Shown here in pieces: positions 27,154 to 37,082 of a DNA stretch of 64,000 bases. Under the pieces are notes generated by a model. That model saw only the letters and a list, made by a program, of their open reading frames with translations. It did no database searches and was not told where the DNA came from. This stretch comes from Pseudomonas aeruginosa PAO1. GTDB lineage: Bacteria > Pseudomonadota > Gammaproteobacteria > Pseudomonadales > Pseudomonadaceae. Numbering within the stretch: the stretch's first letter is position 1; the number at the start of each line of letters is the position of its first letter. The stretch lies in NCBI RefSeq assembly GCF_000006765.1, contig NC_002516.2. One strand, 5' to 3'. The translations under genes were made by a program, and so were the position numbers.

Positions 27154-28040
27154 AGGAACCGCGTGCCCTGGAGGAATATCGCCGGGCGATAGTGGCGGCC
27201 TGTCCGGAGCTGGTGGACGCCACTTTCGCCATCCTGGCCTCGGGCTGGCATTCCACGGCGGTGGAGGTCGGAGGGCGCTGGGTGTTCAAGTTTCCGCGCG
27301 GCGCGGAGGCCGAGGCGGCGCTGCTGCGCGAGGCCGCCGTGCTACGCCTGGTGCGTCCGGCGGTGAGCCTGCCGGTGCCGGCGCCGCAGGTGTTTGCGGG
27401 ACCGCCGCTGTTTTCCCGCCACGAGAAACTGCCTGGCGGTTACCTCCTGGGCGAGGACTACCGGCGCCTGGACGAACCCGCACGGCAGGCGGTCGGCGAT
27501 GCGTTGGGGCGCTTCTACGCCGAGCTGCATCGACTGCCACCGGCGCGCATGCGGGCGGTTGGAGCCTTGCCGGTGCGTCCCTGGGAGTCGCCTGCGGCGA
27601 TGCGCAGGCGCGCCTTGCCGCTGCTGCCTGCGGCCTGGCGCGAACGCGCGGAACGCTTGGTGCGGGAATATGCCAAGCTGCCTGCCGATCCGCTGGGTTC
27701 GATCTTCGGCTTCTTCGACGGCCATGGCTGGAACATGGCATTCGATAGCGAGGCCGGGCGGCTGAACGGTGTGTACGACTTCGCCGACGCGGGCATCGGT
27801 CCGCTGCACCAGGAATTCATCTATTCCGCGTTCATCGATGCCGACCTCACCGAGCGCATCGTCGCCGCCTACGAGCGCTTCAGCGGTCGGCGCCTGGAGC
27901 GTCGGCGGATCGCCTTGCTGACGGCGGCGCATCGGTTGTCGGAGCTGGCCGAGCTGGCCGACGAGCCGCGCCATCTGCCGGACATGCTCGCCGGCGCCCT
28001 CGACGGCCTGGCCCTGGCGGAGGCGCAGGGCCTGGCCTGA
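27150..28040 (+). CDS. Aminoglycoside-phosphotransferase/kinase-like fold protein, 296 aa
   Basis: SGWHSTAVEV...WVFKFPR...LLREA, DGHGWN, GVYDFAD. GTG overlaps the TetR stop. Confidence 0.75.
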   Translation: MKEPRALEEYRRAIVAACPELVDATFAILASGWHSTAVEVGGRWVFKFPRGAEAEAALLREAAVLRLVRPAVSLPVPAPQVFAGPPLFSRHEKLPGGYLLGEDYRRLDEPARQAVGDALGRFYAELHRLPPARMRAVGALPVRPWESPAAMRRRALPLLPAAWRERAERLVREYAKLPADPLGSIFGFFDGHGWNMAFDSEAGRLNGVYDFADAGIGPLHQEFIYSAFIDADLTERIVAAYERFSGRRLERRRIALLTAAHRLSELAELADEPRHLPDMLAGALDGLALAEAQGLA

Positions 28041-28116
28041 TGAGGGGACGTGCGGTCGTGCTGGGCAGGACGGATATGCCCGCGTGCGGACATCCGCCGC
28101 GAAGTACCGCTACCGC

Positions 28117-28467
28117 TCAGAGATAGGCTTGCGCGCGGCGCCGCGAGCGCGGCATGCGGTTCTTCCCGGACAATTCGTTGAGACGCGCCTGCCAGGCCTT
28201 GCGGGCGGCATCGCGGTCCTGGCGCTGCGCGGCGGCGAGCCTGGCCTCGGCTTTCGGCCGCGGCGCGGCCTTGTCGATCACTGGCGCAGCGGCGGTGGGG
28301 GTGACAGGGGCACTGGCCGGAGCGGCGTTTTCCTGGGCCTGGGCGAAGGCGTTGGTGCGCCGGCAGGTCTTGCAACTGACCTGGCCGACGTCGCTCGAGC
28401 CGTTCACGTTGCTGTCGCCGCGCCCGCAGGCTGCCTGGCCGGATTCGCTCAAGAAGTGCGTAACCAT
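28117..28467 (-). CDS. Small hypothetical protein with putative N-terminal Zn-binding motif, 116 aa
   Basis: Strong RBS CAGGAGG; THF...ACG...SCKTC; Ala/Pro linker; basic C-terminus. Confidence 0.72.
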   Translation of the reverse strand: MVTHFLSESGQAACGRGDSNVNGSSDVGQVSCKTCRRTNAFAQAQENAAPASAPVTPTAAAPVIDKAAPRPKAEARLAAAQRQDRDAARKAWQARLNELSGKNRMPRSRRRAQAYL

Positions 28468-28576
28468 CTGATCCTCCTGGAGAAAAAAGGGCGGCATTAT
28501 TCCCAGAAGTGCCTTCGAGTGCCAGCCTCGGGGGAGAACAGCTGACGAACTGCAAGACCTTTCCGTCGACCTTCGT

Positions 28577-29383
28577 TCAGTCGGCTGGCCGCCGCATGCT
28601 GTCGCGCACGTAGCGGGCCGGGGGGCTGCCGAGCGCCTTGCGGAACATGCCGATGAACGAGCTGACCGACTCGTAGCCGAGGATCTCGGCGGTGCGTTGC
28701 ACCGAAACGCCGGCGGACAGTTGCTGCAGGGCGATGATGATCTGCAATTGCTGGCGCCACTGGCCGAAGGTCATGCCGGTCTCCCGGCGCACCATCCGCG
28801 CCAGGGACCGCTCGCTCATCGCCACTCGCCTGGCCCATTCGGCCATGCTGGCGCGGTCGCCGGGGGCGCGGGTCAGTTCGTCGGCGATGCGGCGCAGGCC
28901 GCGGTTGTCCGGCAGCGGCAGGTAGAGCTGTTCGGTCGGCGCCTGTTCCAGGAGTTCCAGCAGCACCCCGGCGAGACGTGCGAGCGGGCCGTCGTGCGGA
29001 TAGTCCTGCGGTTGCGCGCTCAGGTGCAGGATCAGTTCGAGGACCAGCGGCGACAGGGCCAGGGTGCAGCAGTCGCTCGGCAGGCGTGCCGCCCCCGGCT
29101 CGACGAAGAGGAAGCAGACCTTGCCGTTGGCGGTGACCCGGTTGCTATGGGCGATGCCGCCGGGAATCCACACACCGAACCCGGCCGGCACCATCCACAG
29201 GCCATCGGGCACCGTGCAGGTGATGCCGCCGCGGCAGGCCACCACCAGCTGGCCCTTGCGATGCCGGTGCACCGGCACTTCGGTGTCGTTGTGCCGGGCC
29301 TCCAGCTGCAGGGCCAGGGCCGGCTGGCCGAGCGCGTCGGGATCGAAGCGTTGGGCGAGGTAGGTCTGCGGTTCACGGCTCAC
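28577..29383 (-). CDS. AraC-family regulator with N-terminal cupin, ~268 aa (start uncertain)
   Basis: PVHRHRKGQL, WIPGGIAH, MSERSLARMVRRETGMTFGQW, LGYESVSSFIGMFRKALGSPP. Confidence 0.9.
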   Translation of the reverse strand: MSREPQTYLAQRFDPDALGQPALALQLEARHNDTEVPVHRHRKGQLVVACRGGITCTVPDGLWMVPAGFGVWIPGGIAHSNRVTANGKVCFLFVEPGAARLPSDCCTLALSPLVLELILHLSAQPQDYPHDGPLARLAGVLLELLEQAPTEQLYLPLPDNRGLRRIADELTRAPGDRASMAEWARRVAMSERSLARMVRRETGMTFGQWRQQLQIIIALQQLSAGVSVQRTAEILGYESVSSFIGMFRKALGSPPARYVRDSMRRPAD

Positions 29384-29525
29384 GGCAGGTCCTGTGGTTG
29401 TCCGAATTCGATTATTTTCTGGCTGAGTAGTCGATATTTGCAAATCGCCACGACCCGTAGCCTGTGCTCCTCAACCCGACAGGAGCGGCCGACCGCTCCG
29501 CGCCCTCGATACCCTGGTGCCCTGC

Positions 29526-29714
29526 ATGCTGAGCGAAGTCTCCGTTTCCGGCCTCTACGTGCCGCCATTGTTCCTCTACCTGTGCCTGGCGATGCCGCTC
29601 TACCTGCTGCTGGAGCGCCTCGCCTGGCGCTGGCTGGAATGCGCCTGGCATCCCGGCCTGCTGCGTTTCTTCCTGTCGTTCATCGTGCTGTCCGTGCTGG
29701 TGCTGAAGTTCTGA
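29526..29714 (+). CDS. DUF1656/AaeX-like small membrane protein, 62 aa
   Basis: GLYVPPLF...WHPGLLRFFLSF; first gene of an AaeXAB-like operon. Confidence 0.8.
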   Translation: MLSEVSVSGLYVPPLFLYLCLAMPLYLLLERLAWRWLECAWHPGLLRFFLSFIVLSVLVLKF

Positions 29715-29726
29715 GCCGAGGTCCCC

Positions 29727-30635
29727 ATGTCCATCGTTCGTCTTTCCAAGGTGGCTGCGACCTTCGCCTGCGGCCTGCTCGCCCTGTGCCTGGCGTTGCA
29801 GTTGTGGCAAGCCTACGTGCTGGCGCCCTGGACCCGCGACGGGCGGGTCAGCGCGCAGGTGATCCGCATCGCGCCGGAAGTCTCCGGCAGCGTCGAGGCG
29901 GTGTTCGTCGCAGATAACCAGCGGGTGGCCCGCGGCGATCCGCTGTACCGCATCGATCCGCGCAGCTATCGCCTGGCCGTGCGCCAGCGCGAGGCGGAGC
30001 TGGAGCAGGCGCGGGAAACACTGCGCCAACGTGACGAGCAATGGCGCCGACGCATGCAGTTGGCCGGCGCGGTTTCGCGCGAGGAGGTCGCCAACGCCGG
30101 TCGCGCCCTGCGTATCGCCCGCGCCCGCGCCGAGGCCGCCGGGGCGGCGCTCGACCAGGCGCGGCTGGACCTGCGGCGCAGCGAGTTGCGCTCACCGGTG
30201 GACGGCTATGTGACGCAGTTGCGCGTGCAGCCCGGCGATTACGCGGCGGCGGGCCGGACCAACATCTTCATCGTCGATCGGCGAAGCTTCTGGGTCACCG
30301 GCTATTTCGAGGAAACCAAGCTGCGCAATGTACAGGTCGGCGCGCCGGCGACGATCAAGCTGATGGGGTTCGATCCGCTGCTCGACGGCCATGTCGCGAG
30401 CATCGGTCGCGGTGTCGCCGACCTCAACGAAAGCCGTGCCGACAGCGGCCTGCCGCAGGTCAGCCCGAACTTCAGCTGGATACGCCTGGCGCAGCGCGTG
30501 CCGGTGCGCATCGAACTCGACCGGGTACCGGCGGGCGTGGTGCTTGCCGCCGGCATGACCGGCAGTGTCGAGGTGCTGCAGGCGGGGACCGCGCGGCACT
30601 GGCGGCTGACCCGCTGGTTGCAGGAGTACCTTTGA
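29727..30635 (+). CDS. HlyD-family membrane fusion protein (AaeA/FusE-like), 302 aa
   Basis: APWTRDGRV, IAPEVSG, SPVDGYVT, WIRLAQRVPVRI. Confidence 0.92.
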   Translation: MSIVRLSKVAATFACGLLALCLALQLWQAYVLAPWTRDGRVSAQVIRIAPEVSGSVEAVFVADNQRVARGDPLYRIDPRSYRLAVRQREAELEQARETLRQRDEQWRRRMQLAGAVSREEVANAGRALRIARARAEAAGAALDQARLDLRRSELRSPVDGYVTQLRVQPGDYAAAGRTNIFIVDRRSFWVTGYFEETKLRNVQVGAPATIKLMGFDPLLDGHVASIGRGVADLNESRADSGLPQVSPNFSWIRLAQRVPVRIELDRVPAGVVLAAGMTGSVEVLQAGTARHWRLTRWLQEYL

Positions 30636-32674
30636 TGGCGGCGTCTGCGTCCGGCGGGCGCGATTGGTACGCGGCGTTGCCGTTGCCCTGGCGGACCGAC
30701 AGCCTGGGCTACGTGCTGCGCAGCATCGGCGCTGCCGCTCTGGCGCTCGGCCTGGGACTCTACCTGCAACTGGATTCGCCGTTTTCCGCGGCGTCCACTG
30801 TGCTGTTGCTGATCAATCCGGTGCAGGGGGCGGTGGTCGGCAAGGGCTGGTGGCGCGCCGTGGGTACCCTGGTCGGCACGCTCGCTGCCTTCGTCCTGAC
30901 CGCGCTGTTCGCCCAGAAGATGCTGCTGTTCGTCGTCGCCCTGGGTTTCTGGCTGGGTCTCTGCGTCGGCGTCATGAGCCTGGTCCGGCACTTCTACGCC
31001 ACCGCCGCGGTGGTCGCCGGCTACACCGTGTGCCTGGCGCTGGGACCGGCCATGGTCGAGCCCGAGGCGGCCTTCGAGCACATCGTCACCCGCGCCTCGG
31101 CGGTAATCGTCGGGGTCTGCTGCCTGAGCCTGGTGACCGTGCTCTTCAGCCGCAGGACCGTGTCCGGGCGGGTGCGCCAGCGTCTCGTCTCGCTCTGCGC
31201 GGCGACGCTGGCGCTGGTCGCTGCGCGGCACGCCGGTGCGGCTGACGGGGAACTGGAGCGCCGTCGCCGGACGCTGGCCGGCGAGGTCTACGCGGTAGAC
31301 GACCTGCTGGGCGTCGGTCGCGCCGAGTCGCGGGTGCTGAGCGCTGCGCTCCCGGCGATCCGCGGTGGCCTGGCGGCGCTGTTTTCCACGCTGATGGAGT
31401 TCCGCTTCGCCGGCGAGACGCATTGGGCCCGGTGCTTGGCGGAGCGCGGACTGGCGCTGCCGATGGCCGACGACCTGCGCCTGCTGGGCGGCCAACTGGA
31501 GCGCGGCGAGCTCGACTTCGCCGGCGCCGCGCGACGGCTCGCGAGCTTGCGCGGTCGCCTGGCGGCGATTCGGCGCGGACTTCCGACAGACCAAGCGGAT
31601 GCCTGTCGCGAAGGGCTGTTCATGGAGCGTCTCGACGAGCAACTGGATGACCTGCAGGCCGCCCTGCGGGGGTTCGCCCGGCTCGACGGCCGGGCCCCCG
31701 CCGACGTCCGCCCAGCGGCCTTCCATCGACATTACCGCGAGGCCTTGCGCAACGGCGCGCGAGCCTGGCTGGCGATGCTGGTCGGCGGCGCCCTGTGGTT
31801 CCTCAGCGGGTGGGACCAGGGGCCGACCCTGCTGGCGGTGCTCGGCCCCTACTGCACGCTGCTGGCAGCCTCGCCCTTTCCCGCCGAGGGCACGCGCAAT
31901 TTCATTCGCGGCACGCTCTACGCGATACCTGCCGCATTGCTCTGCAAATTCCTTCTGCTACCGCTGATCAACGGTTTTCCATTGCTGCTGCTGTGCCTCG
32001 CCTTCTTCTGGTCGTTCGGTATCCAGGCCACCACAGTGCCCAGGCGGGCGTTGCAGGGAATCGCCTACCTGATCGCCTTCAACACCCTGGTCGCCACCGG
32101 CAATCTCGCCCGCTTCGATTTCGGCGACTTCGCCAACCAGTCCTGCGCCTGGGTGCTGGCGCTCTGCATCAGCCTGCTGGTCTACCGCCTGCTGCCGAAG
32201 GACCTGGAACGGCATTCGGCGTCGCTGCTCGACCATCTGCGCCGCGAGACCCTCGCCTTGCTGCGTCGTCGCGCCGGTTTCGACGCGCATGCCTGGCAGG
32301 CCCGCCAGCAGCATCGCATCGCCCAGCTGGGCGCGCTGCATGGCATGGAACATCCGCGCAGCGCGCTGGCCCTGCGCCTGGGCTTCGTATCCCTGCAACT
32401 CGGCCGCGAGTCGCGGCGCCTGTGGCGCGCCCTGGCCGGGCTCGACCCGGCCGCCGCGGAGGCGCGGTGGATCGAGCGCGCACTGCGAGCCATCGCCGTC
32501 CGCCATCGCGATCCGCCGCTCGCCGCGCGGCACGCACGCCGTGCCGGCGCCCGCCTGGCGGCCGCCGGCGAGTGGCGCCTGGCCGCGATCCTCACCGACC
32601 TCGCCTGGTTGCTCCGGGCCTATTCGCAAAGCGTCTCGTCCGACGGGGCGCAGCATGGAGAAAAGACCTCATGA
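30635..32674 (+). CDS. FUSC-family (AaeB/FusC-like) inner-membrane efflux protein, 679 aa
   Basis: Two hydrophobic repeats; SAASTVLLLINPVQGAVVGKGWWRAVGTLVG. TGATG overlap. Confidence 0.88.
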   Translation: MAASASGGRDWYAALPLPWRTDSLGYVLRSIGAAALALGLGLYLQLDSPFSAASTVLLLINPVQGAVVGKGWWRAVGTLVGTLAAFVLTALFAQKMLLFVVALGFWLGLCVGVMSLVRHFYATAAVVAGYTVCLALGPAMVEPEAAFEHIVTRASAVIVGVCCLSLVTVLFSRRTVSGRVRQRLVSLCAATLALVAARHAGAADGELERRRRTLAGEVYAVDDLLGVGRAESRVLSAALPAIRGGLAALFSTLMEFRFAGETHWARCLAERGLALPMADDLRLLGGQLERGELDFAGAARRLASLRGRLAAIRRGLPTDQADACREGLFMERLDEQLDDLQAALRGFARLDGRAPADVRPAAFHRHYREALRNGARAWLAMLVGGALWFLSGWDQGPTLLAVLGPYCTLLAASPFPAEGTRNFIRGTLYAIPAALLCKFLLLPLINGFPLLLLCLAFFWSFGIQATTVPRRALQGIAYLIAFNTLVATGNLARFDFGDFANQSCAWVLALCISLLVYRLLPKDLERHSASLLDHLRRETLALLRRRAGFDAHAWQARQQHRIAQLGALHGMEHPRSALALRLGFVSLQLGRESRRLWRALAGLDPAAAEARWIERALRAIAVRHRDPPLAARHARRAGARLAAAGEWRLAAILTDLAWLLRAYSQSVSSDGAQHGEKTS

Positions 32675-32928
32675 AAACCTCGTTCTTGCTGGCCTTGCTG
32701 CTGTCCTGCTGGTCCCAGGTCCAGGCGGCGGACGACGACGGGAAAGAGTTGCCGCCGATCGAGCGCTACGACTACGGCATGCCGCTGGACATCGAGCGGG
32801 TGCTTTCCGTCACGCCGGTGCCGGCCACCTGTGGCGTGGTGCCGCTGGTGATGCTCTACCGCGACAGCGCCGGACGCCTACATCGCTTGCAGTACCGAGG
32901 CCTTGGCGCGGGCTGTTCGCGGCACTGA
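32671..32928 (+). CDS. DUF2790-family small exported protein, 85 aa
   Basis: Signal peptide; YDYGMPLDIERV, CGVVP...YRDSAG..H.LQY...GAGC. ATGA overlap. Confidence 0.8.
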   Translation: MKTSFLLALLLSCWSQVQAADDDGKELPPIERYDYGMPLDIERVLSVTPVPATCGVVPLVMLYRDSAGRLHRLQYRGLGAGCSRH

Positions 32929-32949
32929 GAAGCGGGCGCAGGCGCTGTC

Positions 32950-33453
32950 TCAGCGCGCCGCGCCTTCGATGATCGCCAGGACGTCGCCGATGGCGTGCTC
33001 CAGGTAGTCGCCCGCCTTGTACGCCGCAAGCGCCTGCGGACCGCCGTCGAGCACCGCCTGCGGCCGTTCGACGAAGCGTCCGAGCAGGTTGAACTCCTCG
33101 TCCAGCACCAGTACCAGCGGAATCGCGATTCGCTCCAGCGCCAGGCGCTGGCGCAGGTCGTCCTCGGCGCGGCCCTTGGAAATGATCGCCAGCTCGATGT
33201 TCGGTTGCAGGCGCTGCGCGAAGTCCAGCGCGGCCAGGTTGATCTGGCAGTCCGGGCACCACATTTCCCCGGCGACCAGCAGGCGATAGCGCCGTTCGAT
33301 GCGTTGCAGGCGTTCCGTCAGGGCGCTCGGCAGCCCGTTGCTTTCCAGCTTCTGCCGGAACCGCGCGACCGCGCCCTGTTCCGTGGCCAGGCCATGGCCG
33401 ACGAAGGCGGCGAAGTCTTCTCCGATATCGAACAGTTCCGCGTAAGAGGCCAT
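32950..33453 (-). CDS. Thioredoxin-like protein (WCPDC), 167 aa
   Basis: AGEMWCPDC, IPLVLVLD...GRFVERP. Confidence 0.85.
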   Translation of the reverse strand: MASYAELFDIGEDFAAFVGHGLATEQGAVARFRQKLESNGLPSALTERLQRIERRYRLLVAGEMWCPDCQINLAALDFAQRLQPNIELAIISKGRAEDDLRQRLALERIAIPLVLVLDEEFNLLGRFVERPQAVLDGGPQALAAYKAGDYLEHAIGDVLAIIEGAAR

Positions 33454-33644
33454 GCTGGTTTCGCTCCTGTGCTTGGGGAGGGATGGCGCGGCGGATACGC
33501 CAGGCAGTCGCGCCACGCCGGGGCGGCCAGGGTAGCGCGCTCGCCGCGTCGCGGCGAGCGCCGGCGTGCTTCGCCGGGACTGGTCGTTAGCATGGCGCGG
33601 CTGGTAAAAAGACAGCGCCCCCACTGCCCGCCAAGGCCCGCCCG

Positions 33645-34427
33645 ATGCTGATCGACCTGCCTTCCACCCGTCCGGTCTTCGCCTATGCCCAGGATTATCT
33701 CCACGGCGAGCGCGTCGAGCTGCACCGGCATTCGCGCGCGCAATTGATCCATGCGCTCAGCGGGGTGGTCACGGTCGGCACCGCCGAGGGCACCTGGGTG
33801 GTGCCGCCGGGACGCGGTGTCTGGTTGCCGGCCGGTATCGAGCATGCCCTGCGTTTCGCCGGCCAGGTGCGCATGCGCACCTTGTTCATCGCCCCGCAGG
33901 CGCGCCACGACCTACCGCGGGACTGCCGGGTGGTGGACGTGCCGCCGTTGCTGCGGCAATTGATCGTCGCGGCGATGCGGATCGCCCCGGACTACCCGCC
34001 GGGTGGCCGCGACGAGCGGGTGATGGAGCTGATCCTCGATGAACTGCGGGTGCTGCCGATCCTCGCCCTGCACGTGCCACAGCCGGTCGATCCGCGACTG
34101 GCGGCGCTGTGCCGCAGCCTGCGCGCCGAGCCGGCCGCCGACTGGAGCCTGGGCGATGCCGCGCGTCGCCTGGGCGTCAGCCCGCGGACCCTGACCCGCG
34201 CCTTCCAGCGCGAAACCGGTCTCAGCTTCGTCCAGTGGCTGCGGCGCATGCGCCTGCTCGCCAGCCTCGATGCGCTGGCGGCAGGGCACTCGATCCTCGA
34301 GGTCGCACTGGACCTCGGCTACGACAGCCAGAGCGCCTTCAGCGCCATGTTTCGCCGGACCCTGGGCGTTTCGCCGAGCCTCTATTTCGGCCGCGGCGCC
34401 GCCTACGGAGTGGCCGAGGGCGACTGA
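33645..34427 (+). CDS. AraC-family regulator with N-terminal cupin, 260 aa
   Basis: HRHSRAQL, WLPAGIEH, VSPRTLTRAFQRETG, LGYDSQSAFSAMFRR. Confidence 0.92.
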   Translation: MLIDLPSTRPVFAYAQDYLHGERVELHRHSRAQLIHALSGVVTVGTAEGTWVVPPGRGVWLPAGIEHALRFAGQVRMRTLFIAPQARHDLPRDCRVVDVPPLLRQLIVAAMRIAPDYPPGGRDERVMELILDELRVLPILALHVPQPVDPRLAALCRSLRAEPAADWSLGDAARRLGVSPRTLTRAFQRETGLSFVQWLRRMRLLASLDALAAGHSILEVALDLGYDSQSAFSAMFRRTLGVSPSLYFGRGAAYGVAEGD

Positions 34428-34429
34428 GT

Positions 34430-35941
34430 TCAGTCCTTCTGGCGCAGCATCAGCGAGGCCAGGGCGCAGGCCAGGAGCGCCACGCAGGAAAGGTAGAAGG
34501 CGTCGGAGTAGGCCATCAGGTAGGCCTGCTGGCGCACCCCGTGGTCGAGCAGGGCCAGCGCCTGCTGCTGCTCCGGCAGTTGTATCCGCACCTGGCCACC
34601 GCCCAGGCGCTGCTGCAGGGCGCCGTCGAAGATCGTCAGGGTCTCGCCGATCCGCTCGGAGTGGAAGCGCTCGCGCAGCGAGACCAGTTGCGTCAGCAGC
34701 GCGGTGCCGATCGCGCCGCCGAGGTTGCGCAGCATCGAGATCAGCGCCGAGGCCGAGCCGGCCTGGGCCTTGTCCAGGCCCTTCACCGCCAGTACCGAGA
34801 GCGCGACCATGATCAGCGGCTGGCCGATGCCGCGCACGACGATGGAGGGGATGATCACGTTGCGTCCCGCGTCGGCGTTCAGGTGCGCGCCCATCCAGCA
34901 GCCCAGGGCCATGATCGCGAAGCCGCCGGCCACCAGCAGCTTGGGGTTCAGCCAGCGCATCAGGCGCGGCAGCAGCGGCGCCAGGAGCAGTTGCACGAGG
35001 CCGTAGAGGATCAGGCTGTCGCCGATCTGCCGGGCGTTGAAACCCTGCAACTGGGACAGGTAGTTGGGCACCAGGAACACCAGGCCGAAGGTCGCCGCGC
35101 CGAACACCGCCATCGCCAGGCTGGACACGCCGAAGTTGTAGCTGCCCAGCAGGCGCAGGTTGATGAACGGCCGCGCGCCCCACAGTTGGCGCTGTACGAA
35201 GAGCAGCAGGGCGAGCACGGCGAGGACGGCGAAGGTGCGGATGAAGCCGGACTCGAACCAGTCGCGGCGGCCACCTTCCTCCAGCACTATCTGCAGCGCG
35301 CCGAGGCCGGCGACCATCGCGCCGATGCCGAGCCAGTCGGCCTGGCGCAGGCGTTCGCGGTCGCCGTCGCGGGGGCGGATCGACCAGGCCACCGCGGCCA
35401 GCAGGGCGATCCCCGGCAACAGTTGCAGGAGAAAGATCCAGCGCCAGGAATAGGCATCCGCCAGCCAGCCGCCGATCGACGGGCCGGCGGCCTGGGCCAC
35501 ACTGTTGGAAAGGCTGAACAGCGCCATGCCGAGGGGTATCCGGCTGGACGGCAGCTCGGTGAGGATCAGTTGCATCGACAGCGGGATCAGCACCGCCCCC
35601 GAAGCCCCCTGGATCACCCGGATCAGGATCAGCGTCGACAGGTTCGGCGCCAGCGCGCAGCTCAGCGAACTGAGCAGGAACACCAGCGAGCCGAGGAGCA
35701 TCACCCGGCGCAAGGAGAACACTTCCACCAGCCAGGCGGTAAGCGGGATCATGCTGATTTCCGCGACCAGATAGGCGGTGGAGATCCACGAGCCCTCCTC
35801 GAAGGTGGCTCCCAGCGCGCCTTCTATCTCCGGCAGCGCCGCGCTGGTGACGTGCACGTTCATGCCGGCCATGAAGCAGCCGAACAGGCCGCCGGTGACG
35901 GCGACCCAGGCACGCAGCGATACCTTGTCGTCAGCGCTCAT
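34430..35941 (-). CDS. EmrB/QacA-type DHA2 MFS efflux transporter, 503 aa
   Basis: SWISTAYLVAEI, RVIQGASG, GPSIGGWL, WRWIF, RNLGGAIG. Confidence 0.92.
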   Translation of the reverse strand: MSADDKVSLRAWVAVTGGLFGCFMAGMNVHVTSAALPEIEGALGATFEEGSWISTAYLVAEISMIPLTAWLVEVFSLRRVMLLGSLVFLLSSLSCALAPNLSTLILIRVIQGASGAVLIPLSMQLILTELPSSRIPLGMALFSLSNSVAQAAGPSIGGWLADAYSWRWIFLLQLLPGIALLAAVAWSIRPRDGDRERLRQADWLGIGAMVAGLGALQIVLEEGGRRDWFESGFIRTFAVLAVLALLLFVQRQLWGARPFINLRLLGSYNFGVSSLAMAVFGAATFGLVFLVPNYLSQLQGFNARQIGDSLILYGLVQLLLAPLLPRLMRWLNPKLLVAGGFAIMALGCWMGAHLNADAGRNVIIPSIVVRGIGQPLIMVALSVLAVKGLDKAQAGSASALISMLRNLGGAIGTALLTQLVSLRERFHSERIGETLTIFDGALQQRLGGGQVRIQLPEQQQALALLDHGVRQQAYLMAYSDAFYLSCVALLACALASLMLRQKD

Positions 35942-37082
35942 CGGCGGAGGCTCCGTCCGGTTCGCGAGTGTCCACGGTGGCGATCACCGACATCCCCGGA
36001 AGCAGCCGCCCCCGCTCGGCGGCGTCGGCGTCCAGGCGGATACGCACCGGGAAGCGCTGGACGATCTTGGTGAAGTTGCCGGTGGCGTTGTCCGGCGGCA
36101 GCAGCGCGAATACCGCGCCGGAGGCCGGCGCCACGCTGTCGACGCGGCCGCGCCAGCGGCGGCCGAACGTGTCCACCTCCAGCTCTACCGGTTGCCCGGG
36201 ACGGATGCGTTCGAGCTGGGTCTCCTTGTAGTTGGCCACCACGTAGGCCTGCTCCAGCGGCACCACCGCCAGCAGCGGCAGCCCCGGCGTGACGTACTGG
36301 CGCAGGCGCACCTTGCGCTGGCCGACGCGGCCGGCGAATGGGGCGCGGATTTCGGTATCGTCCAGGGCGTGGCGCGCCAGTTCGCGCGCCGCCGCGGCTT
36401 CCTGCAGCTCCGCCTGGCGCTGGGCGAGCGCCGCCTCCGCCTCGCGTCGCCGGCTCTTCAGTACGTCCTTGGCGGCGCGCTGGCGGCCTTCCTCGGCGCT
36501 TGCCCGCCGCGCCGCCGCCCGCGCTCGCTGGTGCGCCGCGTCGGCGTTCTCCAGGCGCTGGCGACTGGTGGCATGCTCGTCGGCCAATTGCCGGTAGCGT
36601 CGCCAGTCGGTCTCGGCGCGGCGCCATTCGGCTCGCGCCGCTTCGCCATCGGCGCGGGCGCGGCTGATCGTCTGCGCCTGCTCCAGCAGTTGCCGATCGA
36701 GGGTCTCCAGCTTCGCGCGCTGGGCTTCCAGCGCCGCCTGCGCCGCCGCTTCGCGGGCCTCGGCGGCGCGCAGGCGCTGGCGGAAGTCGCGCGGGTCCAG
36801 GCGCAGCAGCAGGTCGCCGGCCTGGACGTCGGCGTCGTCGGCCACCAGCACCTCGGCGACGTAGCCGGAGACCTGCGCGCTGACCGCCACCCAGTCGGCG
36901 CGTACATAGGCATCGTCGGTGCCCTCCAGGAAGCGTCCGCTGCTCCACCACCAGGCCAGCAGGGCGGCGAGCGCGATGGCGCCGGCGAGGCCGCCCAGCA
37001 GCCAGGTTCGGCGCCGGCGCGTGGCTGCTGGCATGGTTTCGCCAGTGGTGTGTTCGATGGGTTCCCTGATTGCCTGGTTCAT
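35931..37082 (-). CDS. EmrA-type membrane fusion protein, 383 aa
   Basis: TDDAYV, IRAPFAG, VANYKETQL, PPDNATGNFTKIVQR. ATG overlaps the OMF stop. Confidence 0.92.
   Translation of the reverse strand: MNQAIREPIEHTTGETMPAATRRRRTWLLGGLAGAIALAALLAWWWSSGRFLEGTDDAYVRADWVAVSAQVSGYVAEVLVADDADVQAGDLLLRLDPRDFRQRLRAAEAREAAAQAALEAQRAKLETLDRQLLEQAQTISRARADGEAARAEWRRAETDWRRYRQLADEHATSRQRLENADAAHQRARAAARRASAEEGRQRAAKDVLKSRRREAEAALAQRQAELQEAAAARELARHALDDTEIRAPFAGRVGQRKVRLRQYVTPGLPLLAVVPLEQAYVVANYKETQLERIRPGQPVELEVDTFGRRWRGRVDSVAPASGAVFALLPPDNATGNFTKIVQRFPVRIRLDADAAERGRLLPGMSVIATVDTREPDGASADER

Noticed and set aside
27150-28040. Aminoglycoside resistance gene
   Set aside because: Only the general APH/kinase fold is supported; the loop is atypical and I do not recognise it as a characterised APH.
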